DNA from: an uncultured virus (IMG/VR IMGVR_UViG_3300032087_004682)
Lineage: Duplodnaviria > Heunggongvirae > Uroviricota > Caudoviricetes
IMG/VR virus record: IMGVR_UViG_3300032087_004682
Reading direction: 5' to 3' (one strand)
DNA length: 20,000 bases
Within the stretch, counting starts at the first letter, position 1; each line of letters begins with the position of its first letter. Made by a program: the position numbers and the translations under genes. Below are positions 1 to 8,652 of the stretch, one piece after another. The notes below the pieces were generated by a model. That model worked only from the letters and a program-made list of their open reading frames with translations, was not told where the DNA came from and searched no databases.

Positions 1-2103
1 CTTGGGTGATTTCTCAGTAGGTTTACGCTTCTGCTTGGGTTGTGGTTTGGTAAAGAGCTTTGGATCTTCCTCTATGTTTTCGTTTAACTGCTCGGTAAGT
101 TCTGCATCCGCATACTCATCCACAACAATCTTGCCATCACGCTCTGGGTCTTTGGGGTCGTCAATGATCTCCCGTAATACAAAGTAACTACCGCTACCCT
201 TTCTTCTTAAAATACCTGGTACTTGTTTCTCTTCGTCACGTACCTCAAACAACCTGTCACTCATGTACTTCTTGCGTGACATGGCAGTCTTCTGGTTCTT
301 GCGGAATGTGACCTCTTCCGCTTCTTTTAAGTCTTTGCTGGTTGGGCGTTGCCAGTTGAAGTTATCACCAAGTATGCCTGCTTCTTTGAGTATTCTTAGT
401 GCTGCCTTGTTATTTGAGAGTGCTATCTCTTTAAGCTCTGGGTCAAGTGTACCTAAGAAGTTAGCCATACTTCCATATGTCTGGTTCTGCTTAAAGCCTT
501 CAGAGTTTTGTGCGGATGACAGGAGTGTGTTGTATATGCGTTTGGCGTTCTCAACATCTATGTCACTCTTGTTTGTTACATTTTGAGTCTGTAGCTCAGA
601 TGTGTAATCATCCTCCAGGGGTTTGAATGTCGCTGTGCCAAGTTCCGCTTCTGGAACTTTTGCTTCCTTCTCATCTGGTGACTCAACCTCATCCTCAATT
701 ATGTCAGGTGCTTTCTCGGTCTTAACTATTACAGGAGCTGCGACAACCGGGGCTAATTCATTGAGTGGTACTTTGACATCATTCGTTACCTCAACCCCAT
801 CCTGGTCAATGTCACTTGTACGCACCACCGCTTCATTATTTTTGATGCTTTGTATTACACCCGTAACACCAAATGGTTGTGCCACCTCTTGACCTACTTC
901 AAATTCAGCGACCTGTGTTTGTTCTTCTGCGCCCAGTATCTGATCCACATCAGGCTGTTGCCCGACATCCAGTGTTGGATCCTCAGCCTCGTCATTAATT
1001 TTAGTTATGTCTTTCTTGGGTCCACGCACGGCACTAATAGCAGAGAACTGACTACCGCCCACTGCACCCATAATACCAGCATTGATCATTTCCTCTATCT
1101 CTGCATCCGAGAAATCAAACTCTTGGCGTACATATTTTTCTGAGGATTTGATGACAAACTCTTGGAGTGCCTCTGTTGTGCCCTCAAGCAATACACCTTC
1201 AGGAAGATTGGCTAACAACCTTTGAAGGTAATCAGAGGACTTTTTGTCACCAATATTGATTAGCTTATTCAGCATCTTTCCTGCTGATGCAAAGTCCAAG
1301 CCCGCTACAATACCACCACCTACAAATGAAACATTACGAGCGGTATCTGGATCTATGTAATCTTCGTGGCTCGGGTCTAGTTGTGTGTATGGATACAATG
1401 TAGAGTAAACCTCTCCTGTGCCCATAACTCCAGAGCTTGTACCAACTCCAGCCAATGCTCCTGTTTGAAATGCTTTCTTGGTTGCCAGCTTCTCTATCTG
1501 GTCATCCGTGGCATCTTTGATTAAAGATTTGAGCTTCTTCTTTATGACACCCTTGGCTGCTAAACCAGCCACACCACCAGCACCAAATGTAGCCAATGAC
1601 TCCACGGTGGACGGCAATGCCCCACCAATCAAGTTAGCTGCGTATCTGGCAATTTCACCTGGGCGATCCCACCTGACATCTGCATAGCTGTCTATCGTTG
1701 GTTGCGCACCAGATGCAGCATCGGCAGATAACTCAGATGCTTTCCTCATGGCTGCGTCACGAACAGAATCAAATCCAACTGTGTCGGCGAGCAAACCAAC
1801 ACCACTATATCCCATCTGACCTAAGCCGATTGCCTGCCTCCTAAAGCTGGCTAGTGCGTCATCAACTACACCTCTACCCTCTTCTGGTTTATTCTTTTCG
1901 TCTAGGTATTTATTTAAAAAGTCACTACCGTGGGCTCTTGCAATATCATCATTCGTGCCACCAGACTGTATATAGGAATCACCTAATCTTTTGATTAACT
2001 CGTGATTACTTACAAGGTCTAGGTCTTCACCCAACTCCTCCAGTCTTGCCCGATACTGCTCAGCAACTGGATCATCTATGTCATCTGGAAATAAACTTGG
2101 CAT
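1..2103 (-). CDS. Large putative internal virion/ejection protein, 3'-truncated by window edge (>=701 aa); not in supplied ORF track
   Basis: Manual translation from ATG at 2103 (MPSLFPDDIDDPVAEQYRARLEELGEDL...) stays open to base 1 (...KPQPKQKRKPTEKSPK). The start overlaps the upstream stop (TAATG) and has AAGGA 7 nt upstream. It has several Gly-rich hydrophobic segments and an EGTTEALQE motif (1159-1185) that I associate with large phage ejection/polyvalent proteins. Confidence 0.8.
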   Translation of the reverse strand, partial: MPSLFPDDIDDPVAEQYRARLEELGEDLDLVSNHELIKRLGDSYIQSGGTNDDIARAHGSDFLNKYLDEKNKPEEGRGVVDDALASFRRQAIGLGQMGYSGVGLLADTVGFDSVRDAAMRKASELSADAASGAQPTIDSYADVRWDRPGEIARYAANLIGGALPSTVESLATFGAGGVAGLAAKGVIKKKLKSLIKDATDDQIEKLATKKAFQTGALAGVGTSSGVMGTGEVYSTLYPYTQLDPSHEDYIDPDTARNVSFVGGGIVAGLDFASAGKMLNKLINIGDKKSSDYLQRLLANLPEGVLLEGTTEALQEFVIKSSEKYVRQEFDFSDAEIEEMINAGIMGAVGGSQFSAISAVRGPKKDITKINDEAEDPTLDVGQQPDVDQILGAEEQTQVAEFEVGQEVAQPFGVTGVIQSIKNNEAVVRTSDIDQDGVEVTNDVKVPLNELAPVVAAPVIVKTEKAPDIIEDEVESPDEKEAKVPEAELGTATFKPLEDDYTSELQTQNVTNKSDIDVENAKRIYNTLLSSAQNSEGFKQNQTYGSMANFLGTLDPELKEIALSNNKAALRILKEAGILGDNFNWQRPTSKDLKEAEEVTFRKNQKTAMSRKKYMSDRLFEVRDEEKQVPGILRRKGSGSYFVLREIIDDPKDPERDGKIVVDEYADAELTEQLNENIEEDPKLFTKPQPKQKRKPTEKSPK

Positions 2104-2510
2104 TATCTTTTCCTTCCGAAGTGCCACCTTTCCTCAGGGGGTGAGGTTAAGGCATTGATTGCGCCTTTTGTTACATCCTTAAGAAAAGCTTCAGTTGCTT
2201 CACCGCCAACTATTGAGCCTGCGATCCCAGCTCCCACTTTCCCTATGCCTGTGACTAGAGGATTCGGTGTTGCTGGGAACGCTTTAAAACCCAGCATGAA
2301 TCCACCTATGTTGCCTGGTGTTTGAGATATAGCTTCTGCAGCTACATCGGTTTTTGTGCGTATGTCTTCTTCAGGCACTATTTCTGCACGCTGATCCTTG
2401 GCGAAGAACTGATACAACTTGCCCAGTTCTTCTTGTGTTGGTTGCTCGCCAGCAAACTCAACTTCTACCACTTCTTTTGTAAACGGATTCTCTACTTTTG
2501 ATATAGGCAC
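2103..2510 (-). CDS. Small putative ejection-associated protein (135 aa) with Gly-zipper-like hydrophobic segment
   Basis: GTG start with GGGAGG SD upstream; stop overlaps the next ATG. The N-terminus MPISKVENPFTKEVVEVEFAGEQPTQEEL resembles short N-terminal modules of phage ejection proteins. LVTGIGKVGAGIAGSIVGG is a GxxxG-rich segment. Confidence 0.7.
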   Translation of the reverse strand: MPISKVENPFTKEVVEVEFAGEQPTQEELGKLYQFFAKDQRAEIVPEEDIRTKTDVAAEAISQTPGNIGGFMLGFKAFPATPNPLVTGIGKVGAGIAGSIVGGEATEAFLKDVTKGAINALTSPPEERWHFGRKR

Positions 2511-2515
2511 TAGAG

Positions 2516-2521
2516 CCTCCC
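2516..2521 (-). promoter_or_regulatory. Shine-Dalgarno site (GGGAGG) for the 135-aa gene
   Basis: The minus strand reads GGGAGG-CTCTA-GTG, a 5-nt spacing to the start at 2510. Confidence 0.75.
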
Positions 2522-2527
2522 TGTCTA

Positions 2528-4231
2528 CTAATTGAAGCGTATAACTCCGTCATCCCCTTTGCTTACACCAGCGGATCCACCAGCATCTATACCCTCATTA
2601 ATAACTTCCGCTACCTTATTTCCTGCGATCATTGCTCGAGCATCTTCATCCGTCATAGCAGTAATTAAGTCATGACCAATTGCGACAGCCCCAAGATACA
2701 TGGTTCCCTTGCCGAGCATTTTTGCATACTTGTTTTTTAAGACATTACTTAGTGTACCCTTGTTTAAATACTTTGTGATTATGCCCCGCCTTGATGCCAC
2801 AAGTTTTCTGCGTAACTCCACTGGATCCATGTCCTTAATCTCTTGGTCACTTAAATTGCCAAGATTAAGATTTAAGTCCTTCGCTGCATCTCGCACTACC
2901 TGAAGTTTTCTTTTCTCATAAGCATTTTTTGCTTTTGAGGTTGGTCCACCATATGGACTCTTTGCGCGCTCTGCCTTACCCTTCGGTCTTAACTCACCCA
3001 TTTTGGGTATATCGTTTTTATCAACTTTTGTGGTCTGCTCGGCAATTAAAGCACCAGTACCAAGTCCAGCTGCATCGCCTAAGTCCATATCATCGGGGAC
3101 AAGTGCATTACCTATGTTCTTTGCTGCTCCATAAATATCTTGTGCGATAAATGGATTATCCCCTTCTGCCGGTGGTGGGGGAGGATCCTTTAGTTCGCCT
3201 GTGGTAGAATCTTTCAATCCCCCTGTTAGTAATGCAGGATCAATTGTTCCATTATTAACACCTTCCTGCATAGTAGGTATACCCATTTTCCCCCTAATCG
3301 TATCCCCACCAGGTGCATTTGGCTCAATTAATAATCTATTCTGAAATGCAGTTTGGATAGCTAAATGATAAACTTTAGCTCTTCTATTTTGCTCGGCTAT
3401 TTCAAGTGGCAACAAAAAGCTCTGAAAATCTGCCTCACTAAATGCTTCTTGCTCAATGAATTTGCGAAGGCCTTTTGAAAACATGGGGTGAAATTCGTTT
3501 ACAACGAGCTGCCCATTACTATCTACACTACTGTATCTTTTACCATATTTATCCCTAAATGCCTGCTTTATTTCTTTATTGCCCATTAGCTCAGTAATAT
3601 AGGCATTTCTTTGTGCATTTCTAAATTTCTCACGGTCTGATCCTGGGCCTTCTTTATTCCAGTTAACCCAGTCATCTGCCATTCTTTGAATATGCGCGCC
3701 CCAATTCCCCTGGAGCATTTCTCGCTGATCCTCGTCGTAGTCCCTGCCTTCTTGCCTGAACTTTCTTCTTAAACTATCCTCAAATTCTAAGGCTTTGTAT
3801 TTATTTTCTTGTCTGAGTCCCTCAAGGTTTGTGTCATGCTTACGCCCTAAACCTTCACGCTCTAGCATATTCTCATGGTCAAGGAGCTTATCCTCAAGTC
3901 CTTGTTGGTGTAAAAGTTTTTGCTTATCTATATCTTGCTGTGCGAGAAGAGCGTTATTTTCCTGCGTGATCTGCTGGTCTACAAACTTCTTCTCCAGTTC
4001 CCTCCTGTACGCATCTCTCTCCCGTTGATCCTTATGGTAATCAATTCTCTCAATCCTGCCCTGTACGGGGTTAAGATTCCTACCAACCGATAGTGCATTA
4101 CCCTGCATCATAGCTGGGGATGCACCAACCCTTAGATTCATTGGCTGCTGTGCGGTAGCTGTACGCCCCTGACTAAACGCAGTTAATGGGTTTATTTGTG
4201 CTTGAGCTGGGTTTATGTTTGCTACTTGCAT
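2528..4231 (-). CDS. Putative DNA ejection/internal virion protein (567 aa)
   Basis: Gln-rich low-complexity N-terminus, charged helical region with short 11-residue periodicity (KQKLLHQQGLE/DKLLDHENMLE), PPPPP linker, and C-terminal Gly-rich hydrophobic segments. It lies between the 1021-aa repeat protein and the large protein. Function is inferred from position and composition only. Confidence 0.55.
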   Translation of the reverse strand: MQVANINPAQAQINPLTAFSQGRTATAQQPMNLRVGASPAMMQGNALSVGRNLNPVQGRIERIDYHKDQRERDAYRRELEKKFVDQQITQENNALLAQQDIDKQKLLHQQGLEDKLLDHENMLEREGLGRKHDTNLEGLRQENKYKALEFEDSLRRKFRQEGRDYDEDQREMLQGNWGAHIQRMADDWVNWNKEGPGSDREKFRNAQRNAYITELMGNKEIKQAFRDKYGKRYSSVDSNGQLVVNEFHPMFSKGLRKFIEQEAFSEADFQSFLLPLEIAEQNRRAKVYHLAIQTAFQNRLLIEPNAPGGDTIRGKMGIPTMQEGVNNGTIDPALLTGGLKDSTTGELKDPPPPPAEGDNPFIAQDIYGAAKNIGNALVPDDMDLGDAAGLGTGALIAEQTTKVDKNDIPKMGELRPKGKAERAKSPYGGPTSKAKNAYEKRKLQVVRDAAKDLNLNLGNLSDQEIKDMDPVELRRKLVASRRGIITKYLNKGTLSNVLKNKYAKMLGKGTMYLGAVAIGHDLITAMTDEDARAMIAGNKVAEVINEGIDAGGSAGVSKGDDGVIRFN

Positions 4232-4233
4232 GG

Positions 4234-7200
4234 CTACTTCCAGATGTTTTGAATGTCATTCACTACATTGTTTGCCTTATCTAAATAGCCTGGGACATCT
4301 GCCATCTTATCCCACCAGTTTTTCTTGGGTTGCGATGCTGCTGCTTGGTAAGGTGCATTACTTATTGCAATTGAGGATGCGGGTAGTGAGGTAAAGGTTG
4401 TATACGGCGCCACATTTCTGTTGATTGCCGAGTCAGGTCCTAATGAAGCCTCTGCGTATGCGTTCCTTGCAGTGGCAAGTTGATTAGTAATCGCATTACC
4501 CATACCAACATTCGCCAATTGCTGGTTCATTACACCCTGGAATAAGTCGGCATCAGCATCAATCTTGGACTGATCTATTCCTATGTTCTGTCCTTCGGCT
4601 GCCAATCTAGGATCACCAAATGCAAGTGCGGTATTAGCATTACCCATGGCAGCTTCCTGCTGATAAACATCAGCCATGCCAGGATTAATATCACCAATTG
4701 TCTGGTACCTTTCGGCTGCAATTTCTGCCCCTTGTAAATCTGCGTCAGTATTAAGAATTTCCTCTTTCTTTTCAGCTGCTTCTGCAGCTGCCTTCGCACG
4801 ATTTATAGTCTCTAATTTTTCAGCATAACTTAAATCTGCTTCACTAAGTAAATTACCTTCTTGCTTATTGGCAAAATCTACCGCTGCATTACCTTGTTGA
4901 TTTGCAAGATTTACTGCCGACTGGCCTGTTCCTCTTGTGTAATCATTAATCGTATCCGTTATACGGTTAGCTGCATCAACGCTAGACTGACCAGTTGCCT
5001 GAGCATAATCAATTATTGCATCACCTTGCGCGCTTGACTCGTTAACTTTAGATCTGCCAGCCGTATCAGTAAATCCTACATCAGCCTCACCAAGTCCACG
5101 CGCAAGATTAATATCCGACTGACCTGATTTATCAGCCATCATTATATCTGCCTGCCCGAGCCTCTGCGCTAAATTAATGGCAGACTGACCGCTAACATCA
5201 GAGAACTGCCTTTGAGCATCACCCAGTTCTCTTGCGTAATCTATATTTGCATCACCAGCACTACGTGTAAGATTAACACCAGATTGACCAACTGCGTCTG
5301 CGAGTCTTGTATCAGAAGCTCCAGTTGCTCCCGCAAGATTTACTCCAGTTTGACCGACTGCATTTGCATAATCAATAGCAGCATTTCCACGGGTGGTACT
5401 TCTGTTGATTCCAGCATCACCCATATATCCTGCCATTTCCGTACCCGCATCACCAAGAGAACCGGCAAGTTCTCGCTGCGCTGAACTAAGACCTCTGGCT
5501 AAACCAAGTTCAGCGTCTCCCATTTCCTGGGCTCTTGCAATATCAGCTGCACTCATGCCTCGGGCAAACTCTTCGCCGTATCCGCTCCGTCTTTGTGCGT
5601 CGCTAATCAACGCATCCGCAAGTGCATCCGATCTACTTGCACCTAATTGCGCTCGGATCATGGCGTTACCCATGTTATCTATTGTGCCGGCACCTTGACC
5701 GCCTAAAGCGGATCGCATTCCGCGCTGATTTGCATTTGCCATTCTTTCGGCATTGGCTCCAGCAGCTAAAGCCTTGAGCCTCTCGGCCTCCAAGATCCTA
5801 TCGGATCCAGCTTGTTGAGCACTTAATAAATTACCAGCACCCCTAGTGCTTGAGCCATATACATCGGCAGCCCGACCCATCCCAGCGTCATAAATACCAG
5901 CCTCGCCACGTGAGGTCGCGTCATACAAGTCTGATGCAGCTTCTGATTTTGCCCCAAAAACATCAGCGCCTCTTTGCATTTGGGCAACATAAAGGTCATC
6001 AATTGCAGAATTAGTTGCACCCAACCTACCCTCCGCAGCGCCAATTTCTGCTGCAGCTAAGTCTCTCGCTGCCTGTATCTCTGCACCAGATAGTCCTGTA
6101 GCAGCTTGTATTTCAGAATCACTTAATCCTGTGGCAGCATCTATTCTCGCCTGAGCTAAATCAGATGATGCCCTGGTATCTGTATTAAGCCTATCCATGG
6201 CAGCTGATACCTCAGCATCAGATAGTCCCATGGCACTTAATGCCTGTATATCTCTGAGGTTTTCGGCTGCACTCTTTTCCGCACCAGATAACCCCATGGC
6301 TGCCTGAGCTTGAGCATCTCGCAAGTCATCGGCTGCACTGATTTCAGTGGCACTAAGGGCATCTGCTGCATCAAACCTAGAGTCACGAAGCTTCCCAGAT
6401 GCATAATTTTCGGCATCTAGTATCCTGTTGCTTCCACTAAGTTCGCTTAATTGATTATTCCTTAATGCATTTAATTCGGCATTATATATATTGGATGCCG
6501 CTTGGTTTTGAGCATTTGCTGTATTGGCAAATCTGCCAGTTCTCTCAAGAATGAGGTCGCGCATGGCATTTCTGGTATTTGCCATTTTATTCGCCGACTC
6601 ATTATATACTGCTTCTTTTGCTCTTTGTGTGTCGTAAATATTACTACGCAACTCAGCGTTGCGCTGTCTCATCAGGTCAGGGATTTGATCTAGTTCGTCA
6701 TACCTTCTGTTGGCGTAATCAACTTGTGTTCTTACGCTATCACCTAGTGCCTGCGCATACCTGTCTCCAGTATTTAATACATCCTGCTGTAAGTTGTATT
6801 GGTTTTCTGCAAATCTGTTATTTAAGTTTTTAACTTTATCAGCAAGATTATCACTGGCCGTATTAAAGTCTTGTAGCTTATTTTGCAGCCTTCCGTCATA
6901 TATTGAAGAGTAGGTATTATTTGCAGATCTTAAATTTGACTCCGTACGGTCAACCTCTGGATCAATGTTTCGCATCCTATCGTATGCAGACCCAGCAAAG
7001 TTATCGACATACCTAGAGGTATCTTCCAAGTTATCTATTAAATAATCTCCAGTTTTACGAAGGTAGTCAGGAAATGGATCCATGTACTCACCTTCATGCT
7101 GGTTTAAAAACTTCTGTACCTTGTTGTCATCTGTTACATCAAACAGTGGCATTTTCCCTGATGACTGCAGTTGCACTGCCATGTCACGCCTATGCCCTTT

Positions 7201-7299
7201 ATCAAGAAAAGGTTGCTGGTTCTCTATTGGTTCAAAATAGTTATGATCAACATCATTTGTGATGTTTTGTGTAGAATTTGCTTTTGATACCCAACCCAT
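4234..7299 (-). CDS. Putative DNA pilot/ejection tube protein with long 11-residue (hendecad) repeats (1021 aa)
   Basis: Ala/Gly/Asp-rich, no Cys, no Pro from about aa 208 to 872. Clear 11-aa repeats (ATGLSDSEIQA/ATGLSGAEIQA; SAINLAQRLGQ/SDINLARGLGE). It is the first gene of the putative ejection cluster. Confidence 0.65.
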   Translation of the reverse strand: MGWVSKANSTQNITNDVDHNYFEPIENQQPFLDKGHRRDMAVQLQSSGKMPLFDVTDDNKVQKFLNQHEGEYMDPFPDYLRKTGDYLIDNLEDTSRYVDNFAGSAYDRMRNIDPEVDRTESNLRSANNTYSSIYDGRLQNKLQDFNTASDNLADKVKNLNNRFAENQYNLQQDVLNTGDRYAQALGDSVRTQVDYANRRYDELDQIPDLMRQRNAELRSNIYDTQRAKEAVYNESANKMANTRNAMRDLILERTGRFANTANAQNQAASNIYNAELNALRNNQLSELSGSNRILDAENYASGKLRDSRFDAADALSATEISAADDLRDAQAQAAMGLSGAEKSAAENLRDIQALSAMGLSDAEVSAAMDRLNTDTRASSDLAQARIDAATGLSDSEIQAATGLSGAEIQAARDLAAAEIGAAEGRLGATNSAIDDLYVAQMQRGADVFGAKSEAASDLYDATSRGEAGIYDAGMGRAADVYGSSTRGAGNLLSAQQAGSDRILEAERLKALAAGANAERMANANQRGMRSALGGQGAGTIDNMGNAMIRAQLGASRSDALADALISDAQRRSGYGEEFARGMSAADIARAQEMGDAELGLARGLSSAQRELAGSLGDAGTEMAGYMGDAGINRSTTRGNAAIDYANAVGQTGVNLAGATGASDTRLADAVGQSGVNLTRSAGDANIDYARELGDAQRQFSDVSGQSAINLAQRLGQADIMMADKSGQSDINLARGLGEADVGFTDTAGRSKVNESSAQGDAIIDYAQATGQSSVDAANRITDTINDYTRGTGQSAVNLANQQGNAAVDFANKQEGNLLSEADLSYAEKLETINRAKAAAEAAEKKEEILNTDADLQGAEIAAERYQTIGDINPGMADVYQQEAAMGNANTALAFGDPRLAAEGQNIGIDQSKIDADADLFQGVMNQQLANVGMGNAITNQLATARNAYAEASLGPDSAINRNVAPYTTFTSLPASSIAISNAPYQAAASQPKKNWWDKMADVPGYLDKANNVVNDIQNIWK
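4855..5613 (-). repeat. C-terminal 11-aa repeat arm (~23 units, consensus approx. [AS]xI[ND][LY]AxxxG[QD])
   Basis: aa ~563-815: AAIDYANAVGQ, TGVNLAGATGA, SDTRLADAVGQ, SGVNLTRSAGD, ANIDYARELGD, etc. Boundaries are approximate. Confidence 0.85.
5770..6498 (-). repeat. N-terminal 11-aa repeat arm (~22 units, consensus approx. Axx[LI]xxA[EQ]xxA)
   Basis: aa ~268-510: ADALSATEISA, ADDLRDAQAQA, AMGLSGAEKSA, AENLRDIQALS, AMGLSDAEVSA, etc. A degenerate 33-bp DNA repeat is visible around 6070-6140. Confidence 0.85.
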
Positions 7300-7301
7300 G
7301 A

Positions 7302-8603
7302 CTATGCGAGACTAGAGTCCAAAAGGAAGCAAAGCTCAAACTCTAGCTTCCATAAAAACTTACCATTTAAGTTTGGCATTTGGATATATATAAAATGCTT
7401 ACCGCCTTCAGGCATATACCTACAAAACCCTGAACTTACATACCAGTCAGACTCCGCTGGCTCTGTGCCTAGGGTCAGACTATTAGTACCAGGAGCATGA
7501 ACACTAACTGCACCTAGCGCCCCATCACTTGGGAAAGTCAGCACCGGCATCTCTATTTGCAAATACGCCCTGTCATTGACTATTGCAGGCAGTGGATCTA
7601 TCCATGCAATCTGCCCCCTTAACCAAATAGTCCGATCTCTTCTTAGCCTTTTTAATGTAAATGTATTTGGCTCCCCTACCTCTATTCCTGATCTAGTTTC
7701 CTCGATGTAATTAAATGACTCATCAGTTTCAGTAGATAGAGTATTAATACTTGTGCCTAGTCCTGTAATTGAGTTTTGAGTAGTTACATCAACTGCCCTC
7801 AGGGAGCTAAGTTCAGTATGTATTCCTGCAATGCTTACATTAATTGAAACTATACTCTCTTCGTTGCTTTGTATCCTAGAATCGTGACCTGAAAGTGCGC
7901 TACTTATATACTCATTAGTGGCATCAAGGTCAGACCGAAGTGAACTCGTAATATTTCCTAGTGAGACAACCGTCGTATCAAATAAATTACCCAAAGATAC
8001 CGTACTCTCTGTAAGTGAGTTTAGCTGCAATTGTAATCCATCTATACCACCACTAAGCACCGTATCAGCTACTTTGTACTCAGCGTCGATTGTGTTTACG
8101 GTCTCAAAAAGCTGGGTATCCACTGCACGAAGTTCGGCAAGAGATTGTGTTAATCCACTAGATAAGCTAACTGAATTAGCTAATGATATGCCCGCTGAAT
8201 TAGCCAGCTCAATCAATGATGTCTCTACGGCTGTAGTCCTGTCATTCGCTTGATCTATTGCCGAAAACGCAAGATTTACTGCCTGTGAGTTAGCTACAAT
8301 AATATCATCTGGAGTGTTAACTAAATCCTCATAGTTACCTGATGTAGCAACCCTAGATAATGTAGGCTTATTTAGTATATATGAATCACTACCCACATTA
8401 GTATCCAACCAATCAGATTGAACATTCTGCTCGGCAAGATTTTTATTTGCCTCATCAATGACCTCATTAAGCTTGCGACGAAGGACTTCAAAATTGTTGT
8501 CTACATCAAGGTGATCCATAGGAACCCCTAATTGATTTGCCCGTAATTTTACTTTTGGGCTAATCGGATCAAATGATCCTTCTGTTTCCAAAGGGTTTGC
8601 CAT
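7302..8603 (-). CDS. Putative tail fibre: N-terminal anchor, fibre motif, long coiled-coil stalk, C-terminal beta-rich head (433 aa)
   Basis: The N-terminal KLRANQLGVPMDHLDVDNNF resembles the LR..G.PL...E.D.NF fibre anchor motif. NVQSDW...SYILNKPTLSRVATSGNYEDLVNTP is a common phage fibre repeat motif. aa ~105-300 are Ser/Thr/Leu-rich and coiled-coil-like; the last ~120 aa are beta-strand-like and aromatic-rich. Confidence 0.7.
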   Translation of the reverse strand: MANPLETEGSFDPISPKVKLRANQLGVPMDHLDVDNNFEVLRRKLNEVIDEANKNLAEQNVQSDWLDTNVGSDSYILNKPTLSRVATSGNYEDLVNTPDDIIVANSQAVNLAFSAIDQANDRTTAVETSLIELANSAGISLANSVSLSSGLTQSLAELRAVDTQLFETVNTIDAEYKVADTVLSGGIDGLQLQLNSLTESTVSLGNLFDTTVVSLGNITSSLRSDLDATNEYISSALSGHDSRIQSNEESIVSINVSIAGIHTELSSLRAVDVTTQNSITGLGTSINTLSTETDESFNYIEETRSGIEVGEPNTFTLKRLRRDRTIWLRGQIAWIDPLPAIVNDRAYLQIEMPVLTFPSDGALGAVSVHAPGTNSLTLGTEPAESDWYVSSGFCRYMPEGGKHFIYIQMPNLNGKFLWKLEFELCFLLDSSLA

Positions 8604-8609
8604 GTTACA

Positions 8610-8638
8610 ATATTATTATTGTTACTACTTTACTGCAA
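8610..8638 (-). promoter_or_regulatory. Candidate sigma70-type promoter giving a leaderless transcript
   Basis: The minus strand reads TTGCAG (8638-8633)-N17-TAATAT (8615-8610)-TGTAAC-ATG (8603), within the only sizeable intergenic gap. An AT-rich tract lies upstream of the -35, and there is no SD before the ATG. Confidence 0.5.
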
Positions 8639-8652
8639 TTAGTAAATAAAAT

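Noticed and set aside
2101..2140. Programmed -1 frameshift fusing the 135-aa gene to the large downstream ORF
   Set aside because: There is no canonical X XXY YYZ heptamer in the ~10 codons where the -1 frame is open (TGA at 2136-2134), and the downstream gene has its own AAGGA and ATG.
4855..6498. CRISPR array or non-coding tandem DNA repeat (33-bp period)
   Set aside because: The repeats are degenerate at synonymous positions and in frame within a CDS, with no identical repeat/unique spacer structure.
4234..7299. Siphovirus/myovirus tape measure protein
   Set aside because: It has 11-aa repeats, but no tail tube, sheath, baseplate or tail assembly chaperone genes flank it, and it lacks the periodic Trp/Phe pattern. 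The context (after a nozzle-like gene) favours an ejection protein, though this is not formally excluded.
2510..7304. Amber (TAG) stop-codon reassignment or readthrough joining the fibre and ejection genes
   Set aside because: Long ORFs are intact under the standard code. The TAG stops are followed by out-of-frame starts (2-nt gaps), and the 567-aa gene ends in TAG TAG out of frame with the next gene.
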